NCBI GenBank assembly: GCA_963744065.1
Contig: CAVUSN010000001.1
Location: forward strand, 217,659-281,658
Direction of reading: 5' to 3'
Length of the DNA stretch: 64,000 bases
Source: an uncultured Actinomycetes bacterium
GTDB taxonomy: Bacteria; Actinomycetota; Thermoleophilia; Gaiellales; JAICJC01
Shown: positions 8,640 to 18,861 of the stretch, piece after piece
Numbering within the stretch: position 1 is the stretch's first letter
Layout of the letters: every line of letters starts with the position of its first letter
The notes under the pieces: generated by a model
Databases searched by the model: none
What the model was told of the DNA's origin: nothing
Seen by the model: only the letters and a program-made list of their open reading frames with translations
Translations under genes and position numbers: made by a program

Positions 8640-9778
8640 GGCGCGTGCAGCAGCGTCAGCGCGATCTGCAGCAGCCGGAAGGCGGCCCGGGTGTAGGGCG
8701 TGATCTCCTCGGGGGTCTCGTGCTGCAACCCGACGGTCCACACCTCGTTGGCCGTCTCGATCAGCTCCGCCACGCCGGCCAGTTCGGGGCTTGCCTCGAC
8801 ATCGCAGGCCCGCAGGGCCAGGCCCAGCGCACCCGGCATATCGGGCTGGCGCATCCACAGAAGCGCCGTGGTGGTCATGATGTAGTCGCTGATGCGCAGG
8901 CGCTGGAAGGGCTGCGGCTCAGGCCCCTCGATAAGCGGCGGCGAGAGCGTCGCCGCCGGCTGGCCGCGGGCCACCCGCTCGGCGTTGGCCCAGAAGATCG
9001 CGTGCAGCTGGTCGGGCGAGGCTCCGGCATGATGCGCCACCTGGGTCATCTGCAGGATGGCCGAGTGCAGCATCCCGTACGGGGCGTCACTGGCCCACAC
9101 GATCTGCTCCGGTGACGCGGTCGCGAGCAGGGTCTGCAGGTCGGTCACGCCCCACACCGAGGTGTCGTAGACCACGTTGGGGTGCGAGCGCAGGATGCGG
9201 CCGATGTGCTGCAGATCGGCGATGGCGGCGTGGGCCAGGATCAGCTGGGCATCCACATGCCGCTCCACCAGCTCGAGCAGGTCGTCGGCGATGGCGGGCA
9301 GTCCGCGGCCGGCGTGGATCAGGATCGGCACCCGCCGCTCGGCGGCCAGCGCGAACACGGGGTTCAGGCCGCGCGCTCCGAAGTCGAACTTCTGGGCTCG
9401 CGGGTGCAACTTGATGCCGCGGGCGCCGCGATCGAGGCAGCGGTTGGCCTCCCCGATCGGGTCCTCCGTCAGATCGAGCCGGCAGAACGGCACCAGCCGG
9501 CCGTCGGAGGCGTCGGCCCACGCGAGCACGCGGTCATTGGGCACCCGGTAGGCGGGCACACGCTCGGGGTCGTTGAGTGGGAAGGTGAATGCACGCTCGG
9601 CTCCGGCCGCCTGCATCTCGCCCAGCAGCTGCTCGGGCGCCTGCGCCATGCCGTCGTCGTCAACGCCCAGATGGGTGTGCGCATCCCAGAACCGGATGTC
9701 GGCCGGGAGCAGCGCCCGGGAGCGCTCGACGTGCTGGTCGAGCAGCGCCCGGTAGCGGTCTAAGACGTCAGACGGCAC
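8636..9778 (-). CDS. amidohydrolase-family (TIM-barrel metal-dependent hydrolase) protein with extra C-terminal helical region
   Basis: GTG at 9778 within track ORF 8636-10282. ..FWDAHTHLG..GIKLHP..ILIHAGRG..ILAHAA..WASDAPY.. is an Amidohydro_2-like pattern. Confidence 0.8.
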   Translation of the reverse strand: MPSDVLDRYRALLDQHVERSRALLPADIRFWDAHTHLGVDDDGMAQAPEQLLGEMQAAGAERAFTFPLNDPERVPAYRVPNDRVLAWADASDGRLVPFCRLDLTEDPIGEANRCLDRGARGIKLHPRAQKFDFGARGLNPVFALAAERRVPILIHAGRGLPAIADDLLELVERHVDAQLILAHAAIADLQHIGRILRSHPNVVYDTSVWGVTDLQTLLATASPEQIVWASDAPYGMLHSAILQMTQVAHHAGASPDQLHAIFWANAERVARGQPAATLSPPLIEGPEPQPFQRLRISDYIMTTTALLWMRQPDMPGALGLALRACDVEASPELAGVAELIETANEVWTVGLQHETPEEITPYTRAAFRLLQIALTLLHAP

Positions 9779-9829
9779 GGGCCGGAAACCTACCAGCAGC
9801 GCCAAGTTCGATCGGCTAGGTTGCCACGC

Positions 9830-10975
9830 ATGCCAAACACCCTCATGCACGCGGACTCCATCCGCGACCCGGATCTGTTCGCCGCCACCGGCGTCGCCAT
9901 CGTCGACCCGTTCGCCTACCTGGAGATCGGCGATCGCCGGATCCTGCTCACCAGCACGCTGGAGGCCGACGCCGCCCGCCGCAACTCCAACGCCACCGAG
10001 GTGGTCGTCACCGACGAGTTCGGCATGCGCGACCTGGTTCGGGGCGGGATGGACTGGGAGTTGGCCGAGGTCGAGGTGATCAGGCGCCTGCTCGAGCGCG
10101 AGGGCATAAACGCGGTCAGCGTGCCGCCCGGGTTCCGGCTGGAGACGGCCGACGGTCTGCGCTCCCGCGGCGTGCAGGTGGACGTGGACGCCGAGCTCTT
10201 CCGCGCCCGCCGGCGGCACAAGGACGAGGCAGCCCTGCGCGGCATCCGGGCCGCGCAGGTGGGCACCAATGCGGCCTTCCACCGCCTGCGCGAGCTGCTG
10301 GGCGCGTCCTCACCAGGCCCGGACGGGCTGATGCTGGAGGGTGAGCTGGTCACCTGCGAGCGGCTGCGGGCCGAGGTCATCGACACCTTGCTCGCGCACG
10401 GCTGCGGCGGCGAGCCGCCGATCGTCAGCTCCGGCCCCCAGAACGCCAACGTGCACCTGCTCGGCTATGGCCCGGTGCACCCGGGCGAGTCGGTGGTGGC
10501 GGACATCTTTCCGCGCCACCTGGAGAGCCGCTATTTCGCCGACATGACCCGGACGTTCTGCTTCGGCCCGGCGCCGGACTGGCTCAAGCACATGCATTCG
10601 ACGGTGCTGGAGGCGCTCAAGCGCTCGACCGAGGCGATCAAGCCGGGTGTCGCCGGCACGGATGTGTACAACGTGGCCTGCGACGTGATCGAGGCGGCGG
10701 GCTATCGCACCGAGCGCTCGGCCGACCCGACGGTGCCGCTGGACGAGGATTTCTTCCACGGACTCGGCCACGGCGTCGGGGTGGAGGTGCACGAGTTGCC
10801 GCACATGTCCATGTCCAGCCCGCACGTGCTGGAGCCGGGCGACGTGGTCACCAACGAGCCAGGCGTCTACCGCAAGGCCACCGGCGGCGTGCGCCTGGAG
10901 GACCTGCTGCTGATCACGGCCGACGGCCACGAGGTGCTGTCGGACTTCGACTACGAACTGGAAGTTCTGCCCTAG
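9830..10975 (+). CDS. M24-family Xaa-Pro peptidase
   Basis: Track ORF 9821-10975 (ATG at 9830). ..VADIFPR..YFADMTRTF..HGLGHGVGVEVHE..NEPGVY..VRLEDLLL.. are metal ligands of the creatinase/prolidase fold. Confidence 0.9.
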   Translation: MPNTLMHADSIRDPDLFAATGVAIVDPFAYLEIGDRRILLTSTLEADAARRNSNATEVVVTDEFGMRDLVRGGMDWELAEVEVIRRLLEREGINAVSVPPGFRLETADGLRSRGVQVDVDAELFRARRRHKDEAALRGIRAAQVGTNAAFHRLRELLGASSPGPDGLMLEGELVTCERLRAEVIDTLLAHGCGGEPPIVSSGPQNANVHLLGYGPVHPGESVVADIFPRHLESRYFADMTRTFCFGPAPDWLKHMHSTVLEALKRSTEAIKPGVAGTDVYNVACDVIEAAGYRTERSADPTVPLDEDFFHGLGHGVGVEVHELPHMSMSSPHVLEPGDVVTNEPGVYRKATGGVRLEDLLLITADGHEVLSDFDYELEVLP

Positions 10976-11631
10976 GTGTTCGTCCCAGATAGGTCGTTGA
11001 CGCGCTGAAGTGGCGTCCGCGGCCGGCGGTCGACCCGCTCCAGCCAGGCGGCCAGCCGGGGGTGCCCGGCATCCAGCGACAGGTGCTCGGCCAGCACCTT
11101 GTGGAACAGCTCGTCATCGTCGGGGTCGATACCGCGGCCGTATTTGAGGAACGGGAAGGCGCAGCAGTCGGCGGCCGAGAAGTCGTCGCCCAGCAGGTGG
11201 TCGCGGCCGTCCAGCAGGTCCTCGAACAGGTCGAGCGAGGCGCGCATCTCGGCCGCCAGGGCACGCACCCGGCCGGTGTCCGGATCGGGGCTGGCGAGCT
11301 CCGCCTCCAGGTCGTTGGGCGGTCGTTTCCAGACCCGGTTGAACCAGTCGATGAAGACCCGCATCTGCGCCCGCTGGGCCGGGTCGGCCGGGTACAGCGG
11401 CGGGTCCGGGAAGCGCCGCTCGAGGTGCTCGAGGATGGCGCTGGAGTCGATCACGATCCAGCCGTCGTCGTCCAGCACCGGCACCAGCGGCTGGCCGCTC
11501 AGTTCGACCACCTGTTCGCGGTCGGTCGGGTCGAGCATCACCACCTCGGCATCCAGCCCCTTGTGTGCGAGCGCCAGCGCCACCCGCTCGACGTTGGTGG
11601 AGAGCGGGACCGCGTACAGCCGCAGGGGCAC
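10972..11631 (-). CDS. glutathione S-transferase family protein
   Basis: Intact 219-aa ORF. Thioredoxin-like N-domain (LYAVPLSTNVERVALALAHKGL..LVPVL..IDSSAILEHLE) plus a helical C-domain. Confidence 0.85.
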   Translation of the reverse strand: MPLRLYAVPLSTNVERVALALAHKGLDAEVVMLDPTDREQVVELSGQPLVPVLDDDGWIVIDSSAILEHLERRFPDPPLYPADPAQRAQMRVFIDWFNRVWKRPPNDLEAELASPDPDTGRVRALAAEMRASLDLFEDLLDGRDHLLGDDFSAADCCAFPFLKYGRGIDPDDDELFHKVLAEHLSLDAGHPRLAAWLERVDRRPRTPLQRVNDLSGTNT

Positions 11632-12893
11632 TAGGCCGCCAACAGCTCGAGGAAGTGCGCGTGGTCGTCGAACGGGCCGACGATGCCCAGGTTCAGGCCC
11701 TGCTCGCGCATGATCGAGCCGGCCACCCGCTGCACGTCGGCGGCGGTCACCGCCTCGATCCCGGCCAGCACCTCGTCAGGCTCTGCGGCCTGCCCCTCCA
11801 GCACCTCGCGCCGCAGGCCGAAGGTGATCAGACCGCGCGGGTCCTCGAGCTGCAGCACCAGTCTGCCCTTGAGGTAGTTCTTGACCCGTCGCAGCTCGTC
11901 TTCCGCAGCCGGTTCGGCGGCCAGCTTGCGGAACTCGCGCAGGATGGTCGATATCGCCAGGTCGATGCGGGTGGTATCCACGCCGGCCTGCGACACCAGG
12001 GTGCCGGTGTCGTTGTAGGCCTGGTGCTGGCAGAACACGTAGTAGGCCAGGCCGTGCCGCTCGCGCACCTCGATGAACAGCCGCGACGACATCCCTCCGC
12101 CCAGGATCGCGGTCAGCACCTGCATCGGGTAGCGGTCGGGGTGGTCGGTGGGGATCCCGCGCACGCCCAGCCGGATGTGCGCTTGGTCGGAATCGCGCGT
12201 GTCCAGCTGCACCGCTGCCGCCCCCTGGCTGACGTGCACCGGCTGCGGTGCTCCGCTGGGCTTGCCCGGCATGTCGCCGAACTGGCGCTCGACCTCGGCG
12301 GTGAAGGTGGGGTCGATGGCGCCGGCGGCGCCCACCACCAGGCGGTCGGGGGTGTACCAGGCGTCCAGGTAGTCCAGGAAGGTCTGGCGGCCGGCTGCCC
12401 GGATCGTGTCCTTGGTGCCGAGGATGTCCCAGCCCAGCGGCTGGTCGCCGAACAGCAGGTTGTCGTAGACGCTCTCCACGTGGTCGCGGGGGGTGTCCAC
12501 GTACATGTTCAGCTCCTCGACGATGACGCCCTTTTCGCGCTCCACCTCGTCGGGGTCGAAGCGCGACGCGCGCAGCTGGTCGGCCAGCACGTCGAGCGCC
12601 AGCGCCCGGTGCTCGGCCGCGCACTTGATGTAGTAGCCGGTGTACTCCTTGCCGGTGAAGGCGTTGAACTCGCCGCCGATGCCGTCCACCTCGGAGGAGA
12701 TGTCCTTGGCCGTGGGCCGCTTCTCGGTGCCCTTGAAGAACATGTGCTCGGTGAAATGGGCAATGCCGTTGGTGGGCTTGGTCTCGTAGCGGCTGCCGGC
12801 GGCCACCATCACCATCACCGCCACCGACTTGGCCGAGGGCATGGGCGCCGTCAGCACGCGCAGGCCGTTGGGGAGTGTTGTCTTCTCGTACAT
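11631..12893 (-). CDS. M16-family (pitrilysin) zinc peptidase
   Basis: ATG at 12893 within track ORF 11631-13061. Inverted zinc motif HFTEH, then ..EREKGVIVEE... About 420 aa. Confidence 0.9.
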   Translation of the reverse strand: MYEKTTLPNGLRVLTAPMPSAKSVAVMVMVAAGSRYETKPTNGIAHFTEHMFFKGTEKRPTAKDISSEVDGIGGEFNAFTGKEYTGYYIKCAAEHRALALDVLADQLRASRFDPDEVEREKGVIVEELNMYVDTPRDHVESVYDNLLFGDQPLGWDILGTKDTIRAAGRQTFLDYLDAWYTPDRLVVGAAGAIDPTFTAEVERQFGDMPGKPSGAPQPVHVSQGAAAVQLDTRDSDQAHIRLGVRGIPTDHPDRYPMQVLTAILGGGMSSRLFIEVRERHGLAYYVFCQHQAYNDTGTLVSQAGVDTTRIDLAISTILREFRKLAAEPAAEDELRRVKNYLKGRLVLQLEDPRGLITFGLRREVLEGQAAEPDEVLAGIEAVTAADVQRVAGSIMREQGLNLGIVGPFDDHAHFLELLAA

Positions 12894-12942
12894 GGCGGAT
12901 ATCGTACTCGCCGCATGGCAGGGATCTGGCGAGGAGGTCGGC

Positions 12943-13696
12943 GTGCGATCAGAGACAGTTGACATCACCGCGGCGGACGGGGTGGCAGATGCCTTCTTTG
13001 CCTGTCCTGACGACGGCGGGCAGCATCCTGCGGTGGTCCTGTACATGGACGCATACGGCATCCGCCCGGCGCTGCACGCCCACGTCGAGCGGCTGGCCTC
13101 GCACGGCTACTGCGTGCTGGCCCCCAACGTCTTCTACCGGGACGGCCGCTCGCCGGTGGTCGAGAACCTGGAGCAGCTGATGAACTCCGAGGACCGGGCG
13201 CCGCTGTGGGAGGCCCTGCGACCGCGGATGGCGCGGCTGGTGCCCGACGCCGTGCAGGCTGACTCGCGGGCCTGGCTGGATTATCTGCGCGGTCGCTCGG
13301 AGGTGGCCGGCGGGCCGATCGGGACGGTCGGCTACTGCATGGGCGGGCGGCTCAGCCTGCGTATGGCCGGCGAGTTCCCAGACGATGTCGGCGCCGCGGC
13401 CAGCTTCCACGGCGGCGGCCTGGCCGTCGATGGCGACGACAGCCCGCACCTGGCCGCAGTGCACGCCCACGGGCGAGCTCTACATCGGCCATGCCGACAA
13501 CGACGGGTCGATGCCGCCCGAGCAGATGGCCAGGCTGACCGAGGCGTTGGCCGGCGCGCACGTGCAGCACACCGCGGAGCTGTATGTCGGGGCCATGCAC
13601 GGCTGGACGCAGACCGACACGCCGGCCTACAACCAACCGGCCGCCGAGCGCCACTGGATGCGCATGCTCGAGCTGTACGACCGGGTGCTCGCCTAG
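12943..13696 (+). pseudogene. dienelactone hydrolase family protein, one frameshift
   Basis: GTG 12943 follows GAGGAGG. ..VVLYMDAYGIR..GTVGYCMGG.. continues in a second frame as GELYIGHADNDGSMP..GAMHGW... Removing one G from GGG at 13471-13473 restores VHAHGELYIGHAD. Confidence 0.8.
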
Positions 13697-14866
13697 CCGC
13701 CCAGTTCCCCCAGCCGGCGCTCCAGCAGTCGTTGCTCGGCCGGGTCGCCGGCCAGGTCGAGGGCTCGTCGCAGAGCCGCCCGCGCCTCATCGGTGCGTCC
13801 CAGCCGGCGCAGCAGCTCGCCCCGGGCCGCGTGCAGGTAGCGGTAGTCGTCGAGCTCTATGCCGTCGACGATGCCCAGGCCGGCGGCCGGGCCCTGCGCC
13901 TCGGCCACCGCCACCGCCCGGGACAGCTCGACCACCGGCGAGCCGGTGACCTGAGAAAGCTGGCCGTACAGGGCGGCGATCTGCGGCCCAGTCCCGGGGC
14001 TGGGCGGCGTGCAGCGAGGCGATGGCAGCCTGCAGCACGTACGGGCCGCCGCCGCGGACAGCGAATGCCCGCTCCAGGGCCGCTCGGCCGGCGGCGATGC
14101 CGGCGGCGTCCCACAGGGCTGGGTCCTGGTCCGCCAGCAGCACCAGCTCGCCGTCATCGAAGCGAGCGGCCCGGCGGGCCTCGTGCAGCAGCATCATGGC
14201 CAAGAGACCGTGCACCTCCGGCTCGTCTGGCATCAACTCGGCCAGCGCCCGGCCCAACCGGATGGCCTCCGCCGCCAGGTCGCCGCGGCCGCTGTAGCCC
14301 TCGTTGAAGATCAGGTAGACGACAGCCAGTACGGCCGCCAGCCGATCCGCCAGCAGGTGCTCGGGCGGCACCCGGAAGGGGATCCCGGCGCCAGCGATCT
14401 TGCGCTTGGCGCGCACCAGCCGCTGGGCCATGGTCGGCTCGGGGACGAGGAAAGCGGCGGCGATCTCGGCGGTGGTCAGTCCACCCAGCGTGCGCAGGGT
14501 GAGCGCCACCTGGGCCTCGGTGGCCAGCGCCGGGTGGCAGCAGGTGAAGATCAGCTCCAGCCGCTCGTCGGGAACTGCGCTCATGTCGATCTCGTCCTCC
14601 ACTACCTCGGTGATCTCCAGCAGGCGGGTCTTGCGGGCCAGTGTGCGGTCGCGGCGGATACGGTCGATGGCCCGGTTTCGGGCCGTGGACACGAGCCACG
14701 CCCCGGGGTTCTCGGGCTGGCCGTCGCGCGGCCACCGCTCGGCGGCGATGGCGAACGCCTCCTGGGCGGCCTCCTCGGCGAGGTCGAAGTCGCCGAGGAG
14801 GCCGATCAGGGCGGCCAGCACGCGGCCCCACTGGTCGCGGAAGACCTGCTCGAGGATGGCTACCAG
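13693..14866 (-). pseudogene. ECF sigma factor with extended C-terminal domain (YciI-associated type), one frameshift
   Basis: ..[75 protein letters not shown].. is followed after a shift by [11 protein letters not shown]... One extra base in the CCC run at 13987-13989 explains it. The start codon is uncertain (no ATG/GTG near). Confidence 0.8.
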
Positions 14867-15222
14867 CCCTCCACCAGCGGGCGCACCTCGATCGCGCCGC
14901 CCATGCTCGCGGCCGGGATCCGGGCGGCCAGTTCGATGGCGGCGTCGAGGTCGTCGGCCTCGTAGGTGAGCATTCCGCCGATCGCCTCCTTGAGCTCGAC
15001 GAAGGGGCCGTCGGTGGTCAGCGTCTTTCCGTTCTCGACTCGCACCGTGGTCGCCATCTCCGGCGGCTGCATCTGCTCGCCCGGGGTGACCCCGGGCGTC
15101 TCGTTGATCGACTTGTAGGCGGCGAACACCGCCGCCTGCTGGTCCTCGGACAGCTTGCCCCAGGCCTCCGGGTCGCGCGGGGTTGGGGTGTCGCCCTGGT
15201 GGATCAAGAGCAGGTACTTCAT
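14860..15222 (-). CDS. YciI-family (DGPF domain) protein
   Basis: Intact 120-aa [44 protein letters not shown].. Its usual partner, the ECF sigma, lies downstream. Confidence 0.85.
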   Translation of the reverse strand: MKYLLLIHQGDTPTPRDPEAWGKLSEDQQAAVFAAYKSINETPGVTPGEQMQPPEMATTVRVENGKTLTTDGPFVELKEAIGGMLTYEADDLDAAIELAARIPAASMGGAIEVRPLVEGW

Positions 15223-15280
15223 GTCGTCCTCCTGGTTTCGGATGGTCGCCTGTAGACGAACGAACCGGCGCCGGATCGAC

Positions 15281-15294
15281 AGCTACCGGTAGCT
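15281..15294. promoter_or_regulatory. perfect 14-bp palindrome AGCTACCGGTAGCT in a divergent intergenic region (candidate operator)
   Basis: Read directly from the sequence. It sits 12 nt upstream of the serine-hydrolase ATG and 59 nt upstream of the YciI start. Confidence 0.3.
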
Positions 15295-15305
15295 TGTGCA
15301 TCGCG

Positions 15306-16601
15306 ATGATCGACCTCGATGCCGTCGACGCCTACGCCTCCCGCGTCCTCGAGACCGGAGTCGCGACCGCGCTCGGGCTTGTAGTCACCGACCGTCGGGA
15401 ACCCGTCGCCGTTCGCACCTACGGGGAGGCGGCGCCCGGCTGCCTGTGGCAGATCGGCTCCATTTCCAAGTCGTTCACGGCCGTGCTGGCGCTGCAGCTG
15501 GTCGAGCAGGGCCGGCTCGACCTGCACGCCCCGGTGACCGACCACCTGCCGTGGTTCTCGGTGGGCTCGAGGTACGCGCCGATCACCCTGCACCACCTGC
15601 TCACTCACACGGCTGGGATCATCCAGGGGTCGGAGATCGCGACCGCCTCCACCTTCGACGTGATCGCGCTTCGCGACACCGAGACCGGGTACGCGCCGGG
15701 CGAGCACTTCTGGTACTCGAATGTGGGCTACCGCGCCCTCGGCCTGGTGCTGGAGGCGGTCACCGGCCACACCTACCCCGGCCTGCTGCAGGAGCGGATC
15801 TTCGACCCGCTGGCGATGCGGGACAGCTCGCCGGTGATCGTGCACGACCTGCGCCGGCGGATGCCCCAGGGAATGGTGGCGTTCTTCGACGACCGGCCGT
15901 GGCGGCCAGAGCACGGGCTGGCGCCGGCCACCTGGATCGAATCGGCCGAGGCCGACGGCAGCATCTGCTGCACCGCCGAGGATCTGGCGGTGTGGCTGCG
16001 GGCGCTCTGGAACGAGGACGAGCGGCTGCTGACGGCGGCCAGCTTCGCGCTCATGAAGTCGCCGCTGGTGGTGGAGGACCAGGACGGCGGGTTCTACGGC
16101 TACGGCCTGGTCGTCGACGACGACGGCTTCGGCCATGGCGGCGGCATGATTGGGTTCCAGTCGGAGCTCCGGGCTGATTTCACCGGCGGTCTGGGAGCGG
16201 TCGCGTTCGCCAACGGGATCGCCGGCGCAGAGCAGCTGTGCCATGGGGCGCTCGCCATCGCCGGCGGCGATCCGCCGCCGGATCCCGCGCCCAAGCTGGC
16301 CGAGCCGATGCGCGACGACGGCTCCTGCCCCGCCGATTGGCTGCCGTATCTGGGCCACTACCGGGCGCACAATGCCTGGGCCACCAACTTCCGGGTGGTG
16401 GCGAGCGAGGGCGGGCTGGTGTTCGGGTGGGACTGCTACGACAGCGAACGGCACCCGCTGACGTCGGTCGGGGAGGCCGAGTTTCGGATCGGGGAGCAGG
16501 AGTGGTCGCCCGAGCGACTGCGCTTCGACACGGTCATCGACGGCCGCGCCCAGCGAGCCCTCTTCTCGGGCGCGGAGTTCCACCGCACCTTCACCGACTA
16601 G
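15306..16601 (+). CDS. serine hydrolase (beta-lactamase/transpeptidase-like family)
   Basis: ATG 15306 within track ORF 15183-16601. S-x-x-K motif (SISK) and YSN motif (WYSNVGY). Confidence 0.85.
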   Translation: MIDLDAVDAYASRVLETGVATALGLVVTDRREPVAVRTYGEAAPGCLWQIGSISKSFTAVLALQLVEQGRLDLHAPVTDHLPWFSVGSRYAPITLHHLLTHTAGIIQGSEIATASTFDVIALRDTETGYAPGEHFWYSNVGYRALGLVLEAVTGHTYPGLLQERIFDPLAMRDSSPVIVHDLRRRMPQGMVAFFDDRPWRPEHGLAPATWIESAEADGSICCTAEDLAVWLRALWNEDERLLTAASFALMKSPLVVEDQDGGFYGYGLVVDDDGFGHGGGMIGFQSELRADFTGGLGAVAFANGIAGAEQLCHGALAIAGGDPPPDPAPKLAEPMRDDGSCPADWLPYLGHYRAHNAWATNFRVVASEGGLVFGWDCYDSERHPLTSVGEAEFRIGEQEWSPERLRFDTVIDGRAQRALFSGAEFHRTFTD

Positions 16602-16611
16602 CCTAGGCCGC

Positions 16612-17277
16612 GTGCGGATCCTCGTCGCCCGCTGCGAGATCGCCTACCACGGCCGTGCCACCACCCGGCTCGGAGCCGGCGACCGGGTGATCCTGTTCAA
16701 GGACGACGGGTCGCTGTGCGTGCACACGGACAAGGGCTTCAAGCCGCTCAACTACATGGCCGGACCGACCAGCGTTCAGGAGCAGGGAGACGTCATCCGG
16801 GTCTACCGCCCGGCCTCCGACGAGACGCTGGTGATCGTGGTCGGCGAAGTGCACGCCGACACCGCGTTCGAGCTGGAGGACGGCGCGGTGTTGGAGCGCG
16901 ATGGCGCCGAGCGCGAGATCCACGAGCTGCTGGAGCGCGCGCCGGAGGTGATCGAGCCGGATCTGCGGGTGCTCGACCGGGAGCGGTTCACAGACGTCGG
17001 CCCGGTCGACCTGTTCTGCCGCGACGCCGAGGGCCGCACCGTGGTGGTTGAGGTGAAGCGGGTGCGGGCTGTGGCCGCCCATGTCGAGCAGCTGACCCGG
17101 TACTGCGAGCGGGTCGACCTGGATCCCGCCCACAGTCCTTGCCGAGGGATCCTGGTGGCGCCCGACATCGCGCCCCAGGCGAGAGTCATGTGCGACGCTC
17201 GCGGGTATGACTTCGTGCGCATCGACTACGACGTCCTGCGTGGCGATGCCGCACCCGAGCTGACCCTGTTCGAATGA
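16612..17277 (+). CDS. nucS: endonuclease NucS (EndoMS mismatch endonuclease)
   Basis: Intact 221-aa ORF. MRILVARCEIAYHGRATTRL..DDGSLCVHTD..VDLFCRDAEGRTVVVEVKR..VEQLTRY.. is a typical NucS. Confidence 0.92.
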   Translation: MRILVARCEIAYHGRATTRLGAGDRVILFKDDGSLCVHTDKGFKPLNYMAGPTSVQEQGDVIRVYRPASDETLVIVVGEVHADTAFELEDGAVLERDGAEREIHELLERAPEVIEPDLRVLDRERFTDVGPVDLFCRDAEGRTVVVEVKRVRAVAAHVEQLTRYCERVDLDPAHSPCRGILVAPDIAPQARVMCDARGYDFVRIDYDVLRGDAAPELTLFE

Positions 17278-17669
17278 ACGACCGAGGAGGTTTGATGCCG
17301 TCCGTCGACCTGACCACGCTCCCCCACGTGCCCACCGAGTTCGGCCGCTGGCAGCCGCTGAACGGCCCGCTCGAGCTGACCGCGTTCGGGATCAACTCGA
17401 TCGCCTGCGAACCCGGCGAGCACTTCGACATCTCCCACGACGAGACCGACACCGGCCAGCAGGAGGCCTACGTCGTCATCTCCGGCCGGGCCGAGTTCAC
17501 CATCGGCGGCGAGACGATCGAGGCGGGCCCGGGCCAGGTGGTGTCGGCGCCAGATCCGGCGGCCGTGCGCAGCTACCGCGCGCTCGCCCCCGGCACCCGG
17601 CTGGTGTGCGTCGGCGCGACGCCTCCCGGCGCTCCCGCGCCGTTCGGCGAGTGGATTACAGAGCCCTGA
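17274..17669 (+). CDS. cupin domain protein
   Basis: 131-aa ORF whose ATG overlaps the nucS stop (ATGA). ..GEHFDISHDETDTGQQEAYVVISGRAEFTIGGE.. is a cupin beta-barrel pattern. Confidence 0.7.
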   Translation: MNDRGGLMPSVDLTTLPHVPTEFGRWQPLNGPLELTAFGINSIACEPGEHFDISHDETDTGQQEAYVVISGRAEFTIGGETIEAGPGQVVSAPDPAAVRSYRALAPGTRLVCVGATPPGAPAPFGEWITEP

Positions 17670-18837
17670 CAGCGTCCAGGAACTCGTCGATCTCGGCCGC
17701 GGTGTTGTAGTGCACCGCGCCCACCCGCACCGCGCCGCCATGGCCCTCCAGGCCCAGCCGCTGCATCAGCTCCAGCGCGTAGTAGTTGCCGTCCCAGACG
17801 AAGATCCCGCGCTTGGCCAGCGCCCCTGACACCTCGGCCGGGGTGTGCCCGGCGACCGTGAAGGCCGCCGTCGGGACCCGCCGGTCGAGTTCCGTGGTGC
17901 CGTACAGCGTCACGCCCTCGATGCCGGCCAGCCCGTCCAGCAGCTGCTCCGCCAGGTCGCGCTCATACGCCCGCACGGCCTGCATGCCCAGCCCTTCCAG
18001 GTAGCCGATGGCGGCCGCCGTGCCGGCGATCCCCTCCAGGTTGATGGTGCCGGTCTCCCAGGAGTGCGGCGGGTGATCGTCGGCCGGCCGCACCTTGTAC
18101 GGGCGGTGGATTTCGAGCAGCTGCTGGCGGCCGTACAGGATGCCCACGTGGGGCCCAAAGAACTTGTAGGCCGAGCAGACCAGGAAGTCGCAGCCTACGG
18201 CCGACACGTCGATCGGCCCGTGCGGCGCGTAGTGGACGGCGTCCACGTAGCTGATCGCGCCCGCGTCCCGGCACAGTCCCACCAGCCGCTCGACGTCGTT
18301 GACCGTTCCCGCGCCGTTGGATGCCCACCCGAACGCGGCCACCCGTGTGCGGTCGCTGAGCTGGGCGGCGAAGTCGTCCACGTCCACCAGGCACGCGTCA
18401 GTGTCGATCCCGGCTGTCCGCACGGTGACGCCGCGGTCGGCCGCGGCCAGGATCCACGGGGCCACGTTGGCGTCGTGGTCGAGGCCGGTCACCAGCACCT
18501 CGTCGCCCGGCCCCAGCTCGCGGCACAGGATGCGGCTGGCGTGCATGGTCAGGGTTGTCATGTTGGCGCCGAACACAATCTCGGACGGCGATCCGGCGCC
18601 CAGGAAGCCTGCTGCCCCGGCCCGGGCGGCCTCCAGCATCTCGTCTGATCGGCGCGAGGTCTCGAACGGCCCGCCCAGGTTGGCGTTGGACTGCACCAGG
18701 TAGTCGCGCATGGCCTCGATCACCCGACCGTGCACCTGCGTCCCACCCGGGTTGTCCAGGTAGACACGGCCGGGCCGCAGCGACGGGAATTCCGAGCGCA
18801 GGGCATCCGGGTCGAGCGCTGGCGTGATCCGTTCCAT
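17656..18837 (-). CDS. aminotransferase class V / cysteine desulfurase-like PLP enzyme
   Basis: ATG 18837 within track ORF 17656-18924. ..VYLDNPGGTQ..HDANV..DAVHYAPHGPIDV..SAYKFFGPHVG.. (PLP lysine). Confidence 0.88.
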   Translation of the reverse strand: MERITPALDPDALRSEFPSLRPGRVYLDNPGGTQVHGRVIEAMRDYLVQSNANLGGPFETSRRSDEMLEAARAGAAGFLGAGSPSEIVFGANMTTLTMHASRILCRELGPGDEVLVTGLDHDANVAPWILAAADRGVTVRTAGIDTDACLVDVDDFAAQLSDRTRVAAFGWASNGAGTVNDVERLVGLCRDAGAISYVDAVHYAPHGPIDVSAVGCDFLVCSAYKFFGPHVGILYGRQQLLEIHRPYKVRPADDHPPHSWETGTINLEGIAGTAAAIGYLEGLGMQAVRAYERDLAEQLLDGLAGIEGVTLYGTTELDRRVPTAAFTVAGHTPAEVSGALAKRGIFVWDGNYYALELMQRLGLEGHGGAVRVGAVHYNTAAEIDEFLDAVRAL

Positions 18838-18861
18838 CCGGCAGAGTCTACGATCTCGGCC

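Noticed and set aside
18786-18811. Additional SigR-type promoters. Other GGAAT pentamers were checked, for example near 12190, 18786, 51543, 56907 and 63046, as well as reverse-strand ATTCC sites.
   Set aside because: None is followed by GTT after 18 nt, and most lie inside coding sequence.
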